From NCBI GenBank assembly GCA_963798585.1, contig CAWCTJ010000010.1, forward strand, positions 138,198-202,197: a DNA stretch of 64,000 bases, in the 5' to 3' direction. Numbering within the stretch: position 1 is the first letter of the stretch; each line of letters starts with the position of its first letter. A program made the translations under genes and the position numbers. The notes under the pieces are model-generated. The model did no database searches, was not told the DNA's origin, and worked only from the letters and a program-made list of their open reading frames with translations. Below are positions 1 to 11,353 of this stretch, piece after piece. This DNA is from an uncultured Acidobacteriota bacterium. Lineage in GTDB: Bacteria; Acidobacteriota; Terriglobia; Acidiferrales; UBA7541.

Positions 1-838
1 TGTGCAGGTGGCCAAACTTGCGCAGCTGATGGTACGCGACATTTACCACGCTCGACGGTACGGCGAAACCCAGGCCTTCGTTGCCGCCGGACTCCGAGAG
101 GATAAAGGTGTTGACGCCGACCACTTCGCCGTCGACGTTCACCAGCGGGCCGCCGGAGTTTCCCGGATTAATTGGCGCATCGGTTTGGACGTATACCGTG
201 GGGGAATCGAGGTCGGTCTGGCGAGCCACTGCGGAGATCACCCCCATGGTGACGGTGTTGCGAAGTCCCTGAGGACTGCCGAAAGCGAAAACTACCTCAC
301 CTTGGCGAAGCTTGCGAAAAGAGGCCAGGGCTAGGGCAGGAAGCTTGACGCCGTCAATTTTTAACACGGCAATATCAATGTCCCGGGCAACGCCGATGAC
401 GCGCGCGTTGACGATGTTGCTACGCGTCGAGAGAGCAGCATCCGCGCCGCTTTCATTGCCCATAAGTGGAAGCACCACGCGTATACGCTGCGCGCCGTTT
501 ACCACGTGCGCGTTGGTGACGATGTAACCGCTCGGATCAATTACGAAACCGGAGCCGATGGCGCGCTGCCGCCCGATGATCACGCTGGTACTACTGCGCT
601 CGCCCTCTTCAAGCGGACCATAGCCGGTGACCAGGATTTGCACCACGCTGGGGGAAACCTTTTTAATCAGGGTGTTAACGGATTCGTTGAGCTTGTGGAG
701 CGTGTCACCGGAGTTGTCGTCGGGCGTTTGCGCGCGCGCGGGAGTGGAGCATGCCAAGGCGAATGTGACCGCGCAAGTCACCGCTAGGAAGTAAAGTTGC
801 CGCAACATCTTGCGTCGACGCCAGCCTTGACAGAACAT
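1..838 (-). CDS. HtrA/DegP-family periplasmic serine protease (runs off the left edge)
   Basis: Not in the ORF track. Manual minus-strand translation gives a signal-peptide-like start ([29 protein letters not shown]), then [10 protein letters not shown] and [29 protein letters not shown] with the catalytic GNSGG motif. AGGAG precedes the ATG at 838. Confidence 0.92.
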   Translation of the reverse strand, partial: [279 protein letters not shown]

Positions 839-1249
839 ACCGGAGCTCCTTGGGATCACGCTATTGAGTTGGATGTTCTACCACGGGTGCTAAGGTACGA
901 CGAAAGTTCCACACCGACGGGGCACAGGATCGGGGCATGCGACCAAAGCACGCGACCAAGGCATAAGACAAAAAGCGAGCGCATGGCTACGACGGAAGAA
1001 TACACCGAAAGGTGCAACGAGACAGCGAGCCGCGCGGCTCCGGGCGAAGGGCTGTGGTTCAGCCCAGGCCGTGGCTTGGCTGACACTAGCGCTTCCCTTT
1101 TAGGCCCGTATTGGATAAGAATCATGGCAATCTTGTTGCGGTTCCGCGTGTACTGGTGCCCCGTCAGGCGCCTTTCCTTACGCCGCCTCCGCTAAATAGC
1201 AAAAACAGTTTGGCGATACTAACGATCACCAATTTGAGGTCCAGCCGTC

Positions 1250-3987
1250 ATGCCTAGATTGCAAACGATTGAAGACCGGCGTCTCGAAGAAGCGCGCACG
1301 CGCAAGAATCACTGGAAACGCTGGGGGCCTTATCTTTCCGAGCGGCAATGGGGCACGGTGCGCGAGGATTACAGCGCGTACGGGACGGCTTGGGAATTTT
1401 TTCCGCACGATCACGCACGGTCGCGCGCGTATCGCTGGGGAGAGGATGGCATCGCCGGGTTCAGCGACCGCCACCAATATATCTGCCTGGGACTCGCCAT
1501 GTGGAATGGCCGCGATCCAATTCTGAAAGAGCGGCTGTTCGGTCTTACCGGCAATCAAGGCAATCACGGCGAAGACGTCAAGGAATGCTATTACTACCTG
1601 GACTCCACACCCACGCACAGCTACATGCGCGTGCTTTATAAATACCCGCACGCGGCATATCCCTATCAACGGCTGCTCGACGAGAACAATCGCAGGTCGC
1701 GGAAGGATCCCGAGTACGAATTGATGGACACCGGAGTTTTTGCGGAACATCGCTATTTCGACGTGTTCACGGAATATGCCAAGGCGGACGTAGAAGATAT
1801 CCTGATTAAAATTACGGTAGCCAATCGCGGGTCGGAACCGGCGGCGCTGCACCTGCTGCCGTCGCTGTGGTTTCGCAATACCTGGTCGTGGGGCAAAGAT
1901 CCACGTCGGCCAGTCATACGTAAGACGAACGACATTCCTGGTGGCAAGTGTTCCGAAGTCCAGCATTGGCAGTACGGCAAACGCTGGCTGCTTTGTCAGG
2001 GAGAGCCCGAACTGCTCTTCACCGAGAATGAAACGAACTTCGAGCGGCTGTTTAACGCCAAAAGTGCCTCGCCGTACCGCAAAGACGCTTTTCACGACTA
2101 CTTAATTGGCGACAACACCGCGGCGGTGAATCCGGCACAGACAGGCACAAAGATGGCCGCGCATTATTTGTTGGCCCTGGCGCCGGGCGAATCGCAAACC
2201 ATAAAGCTGCGCTTGACGGATCTGGATCCGCTGTCCGAGTTGACGGAAAATTCGAGTGCCGTGGGTAGCGTGGCTTCTCCCGGCCATGTGGAGCGCCAAG
2301 AGGGCGTGCCCGCCGTGAATGACTTTACCGCTGGCTATGACGGGGTGTTCGCCGCACGACAAAAAGAGGCGGACGATTTTTACGCTTCACGCATGCCCAA
2401 GGGATTGTCCGAGGATGCCAAGAACGTTATGCGGCAATCGCTCTCCGGGATGCTGATTTCCAAACAGTTTTATCACTACGATGTGCTGACCTGGCTGGAA
2501 GGCGATCCGTCGCAGCCGCAGCCGCCCGCCGAGCGATGGCAGGGCCGCAACAAGAATTGGACGCACCTTTATAACGACGACATCATTTCCATGCCGGACA
2601 AATGGGAATATCCCTGGTATGCGGCGTGGGATTTGGCGTTTCATTGCATTCCGATGGCGCTGGTGGATCCGGATTTCGCGAAAGAGCAGCTGATTCTGCT
2701 TTTGCGCGAATGGTACATGAATCCCAACGGGCAGCTGCCGGCGTATGAATGGGCGTTCGGCGACGTGAATCCCCCGGTGCATGCCTGGGCGGCGTGGCGC
2801 GTTTACAAGATCGAGCGGCGCGTACGCGGCGTGGCGGATCGCGGCTTCCTCGAGAAAGTTTTTCACAAGCTCCTGCTTAATTTCACGTGGTGGGTGAATC
2901 GCAAAGATCCCGACGGCATGAACATTTTTCAAGGCGGCTTTCTGGGCCTGGACAACATCGGAGTGTTTGACCGCTCGGCGCCCTTGCCCACCGGCGGACA
3001 CATGGAGCAATCCGACGGCACCAGCTGGATGGCCATGTACTGCCTGAATATGCTGGCCATCGCGCTGGAGTTGGCCAAGGAAGATCCCGCGTATGAAGAC
3101 GTGGCCAGCAAATTCTTCGAGCATTTCGTGGACATCGCGCGGGCAATGAACGACGTCGGCAAAAAAGGGCATTTCGTTGTGGGACGAGGAGGATGGCTTC
3201 TTTTACGACGTTCTGCACTTGCCCAACGGCGAAGAGCACTTCATGAAGATTCGCTCAATGGTGGGATTGATTCCGCTTTTCGCCGTGGAAACACTGGAGC
3301 CCGAAGTGATCGACCGGCTTCCCGGTTTTAAGCGGCGTATGCAGTGGTTCATCGACAATCACACTGGCTTGCCGGAACATCTTGAAATCACGCAGCGTTC
3401 GGCGCGCGGCGTCCGCCGGCTCTTGTCGCTGGTGAACCGCAAGCAACTGGGGCGGGTGCTCAGCCGCATGCTGGACGAAAACGAATTTCTCTCGCCGCAC
3501 GGGGTTCGCGCGCTTTCCCGTTATCACAAGGATGATCCGTATGAGGTAGAGGTCAACGGACATATCAATCGCGTGGACTATGAGCCGGCGAGAATCCGGC
3601 ACGGGAATTTTTGGCGGCAATTCCAACTGGCGCGGACCGGTATGGTTTCCCGTGAACTACCTGCTGGTGGAATCACTGCAGAAATTTCACCACTATTATG
3701 GCGAAGATTTTAAGGTGGAATGCCCCACGAATTCGGGGAACGAAATGGACCTGTGGGGGGCGGCGGCGGAGATTTCCCGGCGATTGGTGCATATATTCCT
3801 GCGGGGCGAAGATGGCCGCAGATCCATGGCCGGCGACCAAGAGTTGTATCAGAGCGATCCGTACTGGAAAGATTTGCTGCAATTCTACGAGTATTTCAAT
3901 GGTGATAATGGCGCCGGTGTCGGCGCGAATCACCAGACCGGCTGGACCGGGCTGGTGGCCAAGCTTCTCGAACAGAGCGGCGAGTAG
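1250..3987 (+). CDS. GH63/MGH1-like glucosidase (split by two frameshifts)
   Basis: ORFs 1250-3331, 3177-3713 and 3580-3987 join into one protein. Motifs: [56 protein letters not shown]. Confidence 0.9.
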
Positions 3988-4068
3988 CTGGACGTGACTT
4001 AATCAGGCTATGCACCCCGTCGCGGTTTAGGGGCGCGGTTTAGAATTGTGGCAGTGAGCTAAGAAGAG

Positions 4069-6360
4069 GTGCGCATGTCCAAAGATACCTCGCAGGGATC
4101 GCGGCGGCCTGGGGCGTCGCAATCGTCGCCAGGTGCGCGCCGGGCGCAACCGAACTCGTCGCAACCGGGCGCGCCGCAAGCAACCGCTCCGCAAGCAACC
4201 CTGGCAAAAGCAGCACACGCTGGCGCCGCAAAGAATGCTCCCCCGATTCCACAGCCCGTGATTTTGTTTGGACGCGACATTTGCTGCGACCTGGACTCCG
4301 CCAAGGCGCGCGAGTGGCTGCTCACCAACGGCATTGGCGGATATGCCTCGGGGACCGTCGCAGGGAATGCTACGCGGCGATATCACGGATTGCTGATGGC
4401 CGCGTTGCAGCCGCCTGTTGGGCGCACGCAACTGGTCGCCGGCGTCGACGAGAATGCCCAATATGGTGGTGAAACGTTTGCGTTGAGCACGCACCGCTGG
4501 AGCAGTGGCACCGTCGATCCGCAGGGTTTCCGTTTGCTGCAGAGTTTTCATCTGGAAGGCACCACGCCGGTGTGGACCTACGCGCTTGCGGATGCCTTGC
4601 TCGAGAAGCGCGTGTGGATGCGCCAGGGCGAGAATACTACTTACGTGCAGTACACCATGGTGTGCGGTAGCCGCGCGCTTTCGCTGGAGCTGAAGGCCCT
4701 GGTGAATTACCGCGATTTCCATTCCATGACGCATGCCGGAGAATGGCGCATGGGCATCGCGCCGGTGAAAGGCGGGGTGGCGATTACCGCGTTCGACGGT
4801 GCGCGCACCTTCTATTTGAAGAGTACCTCGGGCAGTTGCGAACCGCGTGCGGAATGGTATCGCAACTATTTCTTTCCGGCGGAACAAGAGCGCGGCCTGG
4901 ACGATTCCGAAGATAATCTTTTCGCCGCGCTGTTTCGCGCGGAATTGCGAGTCGGCGAGAGCGTGACGCTGGTGCTCAGCACCGAAGAAAATTCTTTGCT
5001 GGACGTAGACACAACGCGGGCCGAACAGGCCAACCACGACGTAAAAATATTTCAAGCCTGGCAGCAGGCCAATTCCCCGGCGGATGCTGGCAAGGATTCC
5101 GAAGAAGTGTCGCTCGAGGACGCGCCCGCGTGGGTGTGGCAATTGGTGCTGGCCGCGGATCAATTTATCGTGAAGCGCGCTTTGCCCCCGGCGAGCGGCG
5201 AGTCCGCTGACTCCGATGAGACCGATGGGCGCACAGTTATCGCCGGATATCACTGGTTCGCGGATTGGGGTCGCGACACCATGATCGCTTTGCCCGGCTT
5301 GACGCTGACCACCGGGCGAACGGACGTGGCGCGCCGAATTCTGCTGGCGTTTGCCCGCTACGTCGACGGCGGCATGCTGCCAAACAATTTTCCCGATGCC
5401 GCGGGGCAGCCGCAGTACAACACCGTGGATGCGGCGATGTGGTATTTCGAGGCGGTGCGGCTGTATTTTGCCGCCACGCAGGATGCCGCAACGCTACAGA
5501 AACTTTTTCCCGTGCTCGCGAGCATCGTGGAAGCGCACGTGGCCGGCACGCGCTACAACATTCACGTCGATCCTGCGGATGGCTTGATTTATGCCGGTGG
5601 GCCCGGCGTGCAGCTCACGTGGATGGACGCGAAAGTGGGCGATTGGGTGGTCACGCCGCGCACCGGGAAAGCGGTGGAGATCAACGCACTGTGGATCAAT
5701 GCACTGGAATCGATGATGCAGTTTTCCCGCGTACTGGTAAAACCGTTTGAGATTTACGAAAAGCTAAAAACGCAAGCTACCGCGAGCTTCGCAAAATTCT
5801 GGAATGCCTCGCGCGGATGCTGTTACGACGTGATTGATGCGCCAGGAATTGGCGCGGATGCGTCGCTGCGGCCGAACCAGATTTTTGCCGTGTCGCTGCC
5901 GGTGAGTCCGCTGTCCAGCGAACAGCAGAAGAGCGTCGTGGATGTCTGCGCGCAGAAGCTGCTTACTTCACATGGCTTGCGTAGCCTGGCGCCGGGCGAA
6001 CCCGGTTATCAGGGGCATTATGGCGGAAGTCCGCTAGCGCGGGATGGCGCTTATCATCAGGGCACCGTTTGGGGCTGGCTGATGGGTCCGTACGTTCTCG
6101 CGCATCTGCGCGTTTACGGGGACCGCGACGCGGCGTTGCGCACCCTTGATCCATTGGGCAGACAGATTTACACCTATGGGCTGGGTACCATCGGCGAGAT
6201 ATTTGATGGCGATGCGCCGTGCACTCCGTGCGGATGCATCGCGCAAGCGTGGTCGGTTTCGGAGGTGTTGCGCGTTTGGCATGCTGCTGCCAATTATCGC
6301 GGCGTTCCGCGGAGCGCTGGCAAGCAGCCAGCGCAATCCCGCAAGGCACAAGCAAAATGA
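4069..6360 (+). CDS. Amylo-alpha-1,6-glucosidase / glycogen debranching enzyme (GDE_N + GDE_C) with a low-complexity N-terminal extension
   Basis: EWLLTNGIGGYASGT, RRYHGLL, IAGYHWFADWGRDTMIALPGL, LTWMDAK, AYHQGTVWGWL, QAWSVSE. Confidence 0.9.
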   Translation: MRMSKDTSQGSRRPGASQSSPGARRAQPNSSQPGAPQATAPQATLAKAAHAGAAKNAPPIPQPVILFGRDICCDLDSAKAREWLLTNGIGGYASGTVAGNATRRYHGLLMAALQPPVGRTQLVAGVDENAQYGGETFALSTHRWSSGTVDPQGFRLLQSFHLEGTTPVWTYALADALLEKRVWMRQGENTTYVQYTMVCGSRALSLELKALVNYRDFHSMTHAGEWRMGIAPVKGGVAITAFDGARTFYLKSTSGSCEPRAEWYRNYFFPAEQERGLDDSEDNLFAALFRAELRVGESVTLVLSTEENSLLDVDTTRAEQANHDVKIFQAWQQANSPADAGKDSEEVSLEDAPAWVWQLVLAADQFIVKRALPPASGESADSDETDGRTVIAGYHWFADWGRDTMIALPGLTLTTGRTDVARRILLAFARYVDGGMLPNNFPDAAGQPQYNTVDAAMWYFEAVRLYFAATQDAATLQKLFPVLASIVEAHVAGTRYNIHVDPADGLIYAGGPGVQLTWMDAKVGDWVVTPRTGKAVEINALWINALESMMQFSRVLVKPFEIYEKLKTQATASFAKFWNASRGCCYDVIDAPGIGADASLRPNQIFAVSLPVSPLSSEQQKSVVDVCAQKLLTSHGLRSLAPGEPGYQGHYGGSPLARDGAYHQGTVWGWLMGPYVLAHLRVYGDRDAALRTLDPLGRQIYTYGLGTIGEIFDGDAPCTPCGCIAQAWSVSEVLRVWHAAANYRGVPRSAGKQPAQSRKAQAK

Positions 6361-7244
6361 AGGCGCGATTTCTTGAGGGTGGCTTGCGCGGATTGAAGTT
6401 TAGTCGCCGGCGATGGTTGCAGTTGCTGCCGGCTCTCGTGGCTTTGTTGGCGATGACCGGCCTATCCGTCGCGTCGCGCCCCGCGCGAACGCCGCCTGCC
6501 CAAACACCTGGGGCCCAGCCGCAAACACTGAAGATCGCCGCGGCTGCCGACCTGCAGTTTGCCATGCAGGACTTGGCGCAGCAGTTTGCAAAAAGCGCCG
6601 ACGCGAATGCCATTGTAAAGATTGATGTGATTTACGGTTCGAGCGGAAATTTCTTCTCGCAGATTCAGAATGGTGCGCCATTTGATCTGTTCTTTTCTGC
6701 GGATATGGAATACGCCAAGAAGCTGGATGCCGCCGGTTTGGCGGAGCCCGGAACGTTGGCCAGATACGCCGTGGGGCGACTGGTGCTTTGGACGCCGCCC
6801 GGTGCCGCGGTAGACGTCACTAAGGACGGCTGGAAAACTTTGCTGGATGCGCGAGTGCAGAAAATCGCGGTGGCCAATCCGGAGCATGCGCCCTATGGCC
6901 GGGCTGCGGTGGCCGCGCTGCGCAGTGCGGGAATTTATGACCAGGTAAAAGATAAACTGGTTTATGGAGAAAATATTTCGCAAGCGGCGCAGTTTGCACA
7001 GTCGGGAAATGCGCAGGCCGGCCTGGTGGCCTTGTCGCTGGCGCTCTCGCCGGGGATGAAAGACGGCAAGTGGTGGGAAGTGCCGGCCGATGCTTATCCG
7101 CCGATCGAGCAAGGTGCGATGGTGCTGCAAAGCTCAAAAAATAAAGTTGCCGCGCGCGCCTTTCTGGAATTTGTAGAGAGTGCGCAAGGACGAGAGACGC
7201 TGAAAAAATATGGTTTTTCGTTCGAGACGCCCGCGAAGCACTAA
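6357..7244 (+). CDS. modA: Molybdate ABC transporter substrate-binding protein
   Basis: AAAADL, YGSSGNFFSQIQNGAPFDLFFSAD, IAVANPEHAPYGRAA, GENISQAAQF. The ATG overlaps the upstream stop (ATGA). Confidence 0.93.
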   Translation: MKARFLEGGLRGLKFSRRRWLQLLPALVALLAMTGLSVASRPARTPPAQTPGAQPQTLKIAAAADLQFAMQDLAQQFAKSADANAIVKIDVIYGSSGNFFSQIQNGAPFDLFFSADMEYAKKLDAAGLAEPGTLARYAVGRLVLWTPPGAAVDVTKDGWKTLLDARVQKIAVANPEHAPYGRAAVAALRSAGIYDQVKDKLVYGENISQAAQFAQSGNAQAGLVALSLALSPGMKDGKWWEVPADAYPPIEQGAMVLQSSKNKVAARAFLEFVESAQGRETLKKYGFSFETPAKH

Positions 7245-7245
7245 T

Positions 7246-7296
7246 CGACGTAAACTAGACCGCGACGTAATCAAGCGTCCGGCGTAATCTAGCGCC
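7246..7296. repeat. Three imperfect 17-bp tandem repeats between modA and modB
   Basis: CGACGTAAACTAGACCG / CGACGTAATCAAGCGTC / CGGCGTAATCTAGCGCC. Confidence 0.6.
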
Positions 7297-7328
7297 GCTG
7301 ACATCAACGATTCAGGGAAAGAGTCTTC

Positions 7329-8010
7329 ATGGGTCCGTTGTGGCTTTCGCTAAAGCTGGCCGCGTGCGTGGCGGTGCTTTTGCTTGTTATCGGCATGCCG
7401 ATTGCGTATTGGCTGGCGCAGACCACCTGGCGCGGGAAATTTTTGCTGGAGGCGGTCGTGGCGTTGCCGCTGGTGCTGCCGCCGACGGTGCTGGGATTTT
7501 ACGCGTTGCTGGCCATGGGACCGCGCGGGTCCGGTGGGAAAATTCTGGAACGCCGCGTTCGGGCACGGTTTGGCGTTTACTTTTGGCGGGTTAGTGATTG
7601 CGTCGATGTTTTACAGCTTTCCGTTTGCCGTGCAACCGCTGATGGGGGCGTTTGAGGGCGTTGACGGCAGGCTTTTGAATGCCTCGGCGGTTCTTGGCGC
7701 CAGCCCCTGGCGAACGTTTCGTTCCGTGATTCTGCCGTTGTCGCTTCCCGGAGTTGTCACTGCGGTGGTGCTGTGTTTTGCGCACACTCTCGGCGAATTC
7801 GGCGTGGTGCTGATGGTGGGAGGCAGTTTGCCCGGTGTGACGCGCACAGCATCCATCGCCATTTACGATCAAGTGCAATCGCTCGAATATGGCGAAGCCA
7901 ATCGCATGGCGCTGGTGTTGCTGCTCATTTCGTTTGTGGTGCTGTCGATCGTATACGCCGTAAACCGCCATGCGGGACGCCGTTTGTGGATGCCGTGGAC
8001 AACGAAATAG
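7329..8010 (+). CDS. modB: Molybdate ABC transporter permease (one frameshift)
   Basis: LPLVLPPTVLGFY in ORF 7329 continues as FAHTLGEFGVVLMVGG in ORF 7384. Confidence 0.92.
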
Positions 8011-8699
8011 CCGCGTCGTTGCAGGTGCGGGTACGCAAATCGCGAGCACCCGCATCGCGCGAGCTCCCACATCGACGGCCATTCGTCCTCGACGTTTCGC
8101 TGGAATTTCCTGCGGGTATCACCATTTTGTTTGGGCCGTCCGGCGCAGGAAAATCTACACTGCTCGACTGCATTGCCGGACTGCTGCGGCCGGATGCCGG
8201 AAGCGTGAGCATAGGGAAAGAGATTTTATTCGATTCCGCCGCGGCCGTGGACATTCCCGTTCATCACCGCAACATCGGCTACGTCTTTCAGTCGCTGGCG
8301 CTCTTTCCGCACCTGACGGTGGAAGAAAATGTCGGCTTCGGAATTGTTCATCTGCCACCCGCGGAAAGGAAGCAGCGTATCGATGAAATACTCGCGGCTT
8401 TCCGCGTCGCGGAACTGCGCCAGCACAAGCCGTCTGAGATTTCTGGTGGCGAGGCGCAACGCGTGGAACTTGCCAGGTCGCTGGTGACCAATCCGCGAGT
8501 CCTGCTGCTAGACGAGCCGCTGAGCGGCCTCGATGACGAGCTCAAAGCGCACATCATCGAGGATTTGCGCGCCTGGCGCACGGCGCGAAATATTCCCATT
8601 CTGTATGTGACGCACAGCCGAAGCGAAGCACGGGCTCTCGGCGACGGCATGGTGACCATGGAATCCGGAACGATTGTTTCGCAAGCGGAGAAATTTTAG
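7986..8699 (+). CDS. modC: Molybdate ABC transporter ATP-binding protein
   Basis: Walker A GPSGAGKST, signature ISGGEAQRV, Walker B LLLDEP. The start codon is approximate. Confidence 0.88.
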   Translation: MDAVDNEIAASLQVRVRKSRAPASRELPHRRPFVLDVSLEFPAGITILFGPSGAGKSTLLDCIAGLLRPDAGSVSIGKEILFDSAAAVDIPVHHRNIGYVFQSLALFPHLTVEENVGFGIVHLPPAERKQRIDEILAAFRVAELRQHKPSEISGGEAQRVELARSLVTNPRVLLLDEPLSGLDDELKAHIIEDLRAWRTARNIPILYVTHSRSEARALGDGMVTMESGTIVSQAEKF

Positions 8700-8717
8700 T
8701 GGGGAACGGCGAACAGG

Positions 8718-9069
8718 TCACAGCGACGAGTTCGGATTCTTACTCGGCGCGGATTTTGCCGGCACCGAGAATTTGATCTCGTCAGCCTCGAGAGTGTTGC
8801 CCTCGGGAGTCGCATGAATGACCACGTTGTCACCGACGGCCAGGTCGCTGGCCTTCGCGGGCTGGTCAGCGGCTGGGAGATGTAGAGTGTAGATCGTGGA
8901 TTTCACCAGCTTCACCTCGACGGCTTTGCCTTCCGTGCTTTTCACGGTGACGGAGGTGTCGCTGACGTTGGTGATCGTTCCCCGCACATGAACTTTGACG
9001 CCGTGAGCCGAACGCACTCGACGACAGCAAGGTCAAAAACATTCCGAGTAGTACTGAACGCATTCCCAT
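8718..9069 (-). CDS. Small exported beta-rich (OB-fold-like) hypothetical protein, frameshifted after the signal peptide
   Basis: The signal peptide in ORF 8866-9069 joins AHGVKVHVRGTITNVSDTSVTVK...DLAVGDNVVIHA in ORF 8718-9017. Confidence 0.65.
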
Positions 9070-9108
9070 GGGTTCTCCAAAAACAGCATAGCAGCTTGCC
9101 GACGGAAC

Positions 9109-9714
9109 CTAATGGTTGGATGGCGGGGAGCTGCCTGGCGTTGCGGGGGTGCCGTTCAAAAAGTCGTTCTCCTCCTGCTCCTCCTTGCGGTCCTCGGGGC
9201 CTTTGGGGTTGTAACGACTCATCTCCAAGCGTTCTTCGGGAGTCAACTGCGGAAGGTGGCGAAGGAACAGCACCAGCTTCCAGCTGTCATCCGTATCGCC
9301 GTGGCTCGCGAAGGCGGGCATGCCGGTGAAACGCACGCCATTCTCGACGATCCAAAAAAGTTCACCGTCAGAGAGTTTTTGTGTTTCTGCCAAGCGCATG
9401 TCCGGCGCTTTCGGGTACATGCCACGGCCCATCATGGTTTGGCCGCTGCCGTCATTACCGTGGCAGATGGCGCAGTGATCGGCGAAGTGCAGCCGGGCCT
9501 CGCGCAGGTTTTCCGCCGTGGGCGCTACAGGATTGACCATGGCGCGTGCATTGGATGGCGTGGCCAGGCGCCGGGCGTTGCGCGCGAGAACTTCTTCCAA
9601 TTTAGTGGGAGTGGCCGAGGCGCTCACTCCGTCGTGCAACAAGAGAGCTGCCGTTGCGGCGCCCAAACCCAGCACCGCCACCGCACCACCGAGAAGCACG
9701 GTGCTGATCTTCAT
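9109..9714 (-). CDS. Membrane-anchored c-type cytochrome
   Basis: N-terminal TM helix, haem motif CAICH, and GMPAF carrying the probable axial Met. Confidence 0.88.
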   Translation of the reverse strand: MKISTVLLGGAVAVLGLGAATAALLLHDGVSASATPTKLEEVLARNARRLATPSNARAMVNPVAPTAENLREARLHFADHCAICHGNDGSGQTMMGRGMYPKAPDMRLAETQKLSDGELFWIVENGVRFTGMPAFASHGDTDDSWKLVLFLRHLPQLTPEERLEMSRYNPKGPEDRKEEQEENDFLNGTPATPGSSPPSNH

Positions 9715-9916
9715 GCCGCCCGCCTGCTAACACTGACCATAAGGCAATTCAACCGAATGAAAGGTCAAAACAAAAGATCGAAAAACCGTTCAACCTACAC
9801 TACCAAAAAAGCGCAGAGCGTCACAGTGATCCGCGGCAGGACAACTTTGGAGCCGGTCCGGTTTTTGCCGCGTTTGAGATACGATACGCTAGGTTGTGAA
9901 CGCAAAGATCAAAACG

Positions 9917-10594
9917 ATGAGACAAAAACTCTACGCCACGCTGGACGCTGCCGTCGAAGGCATTCCCGATGGCGCGCGTATTATGTTCGGCGGGTTCGGC
10001 GGTTCGGGCTTCCCAAATAATCTGATCGAGGCTTTGGTGCGCCGTGGAACCAAAAACCTTACCGCCATCAGCAACAATTGCGGCACGCGCGAAGGAGAGT
10101 TGTCGCCGCTCTTCAAGCACGGACAGATCCGCCACGTGATTGCGGCGTTCCCCGGTCCGCACTCCTATTATTTTCAGGAGCGGCACGCGAAAGGCGAAGT
10201 CACCATTGAGCTGGTGCCACAAGGCATCTTGTGCGAAAGAATGCGCGCCGCCGCCGCGGGGCTGCTCGGTTTTTACACCACCGTTGGCGTGGCCACCGAA
10301 GTGGCCGAAGGCAAAGAAGAGCGCGTGATCGAGGGCCAGCGCTGCATTCTTGAAATGCCGATTCATGCCGACTACGCGTTCATTAAAGCGGATAAGGCCG
10401 ACGCACTGGGCAACCTAACCTACCGCCTGGCCGCCCGAAATTTTAATCCGATCATGGCCATGGCGGCGACGACGACCATTGCTGAGGTGGAAGAGGTCGT
10501 GGCGGTCGGCGCGATCGATCCGGAGCATGTGATTACTCCAGGAATTTTTGTGCACGGCTTCGTGGTGGCGAAAGGAATTCGCTATGCCGCATAA
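9917..10594 (+). CDS. 3-oxoacid CoA-transferase subunit A
   Basis: IMFGGFGGSGFP, ELVPQGILCERMRAAAAG, ARNFNPIMAMAA, HVITPGIFV. Confidence 0.92.
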   Translation: MRQKLYATLDAAVEGIPDGARIMFGGFGGSGFPNNLIEALVRRGTKNLTAISNNCGTREGELSPLFKHGQIRHVIAAFPGPHSYYFQERHAKGEVTIELVPQGILCERMRAAAAGLLGFYTTVGVATEVAEGKEERVIEGQRCILEMPIHADYAFIKADKADALGNLTYRLAARNFNPIMAMAATTTIAEVEEVVAVGAIDPEHVITPGIFVHGFVVAKGIRYAA

Positions 10595-11229
10595 ACTGCG
10601 CCTAACGCGCGAACAAATTGCCGCGCGTGCCGCACGCGAGCTTCCCGACGGCGCGTACGTGAATCTGGGCTGGGGCATTCCCAAATCTGATCGCGGATCA
10701 TTTGCCGGAGGGCATCACCGTATATTTCCACAGCGAGAATGGAATTCTGGGCATGGGCCGCCGCGCCAAACCGGGCGAGGAAGATCTGGACCTGGTCGAT
10801 GCCATGAAAGTGCCGGTGACGCTGATTCCCGGCGCATCTTTTTTTCATCAGGCCGATGCGCACTTGATGACGCGCGGCGGACACCTGGACGTGGCCGTGC
10901 TGGGCGCTTTTCAAGTTTCGGAGCGCGGCGACCTGGCGAACTGGAAGGTGCCCGGTGCGAAGGGGGTTGGAGCCATTGGCGGGGCCATGGATATTGCCGC
11001 GGGCACCAAGAAGGTGATCGTGTGCATGGAACACACCACGCGCGAAGGCCAGCCGAAGATTGTGCGCGAATTGACTTATCCGCTTACCTGCCTGGCGTGC
11101 GTGGACACTATCGTCACCGATCTGGCGGTGATTGATGTTACCGAACGCGGGCTTTTGCTGCGGGACTTGGCGCCGGGGTGGAGTGCCGAAGAAGTGCAAG
11201 AAGTCACCGGCGCGGAATTGAAAATGTAA
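10584..11229 (+). CDS. 3-oxoacid CoA-transferase subunit B (one frameshift)
   Basis: YVNLGWGIP followed by HSENG (catalytic Glu) and IGGAMDI. Confidence 0.92.
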
Positions 11230-11274
11230 CCTGCTTGGCGCGGTTGCCGTCGCGCGGTTTCCTCTCAGGGAGGG

Positions 11275-11344
11275 GAAAAGCAGATTCCTCGCTTCGCTCG
11301 GAATGACAATATTCGTTTTTATCGTCGGAATGACAATATTCGTT
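11275..11344 (-). repeat. REP-like palindrome of the GTCATTCC...GGAATC type, with a partial tandem duplication
   Basis: Reverse complement of the copies at 30678 and 34308. TCGGAATGACAATATTCGTT occurs twice (11298, 11325). Confidence 0.85.
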
Positions 11345-11353
11345 ATGCGGGCG

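Noticed and set aside
2-787. Plus-strand ORFs at the left edge
   Set aside because: They are antisense shadows of the htrA gene.
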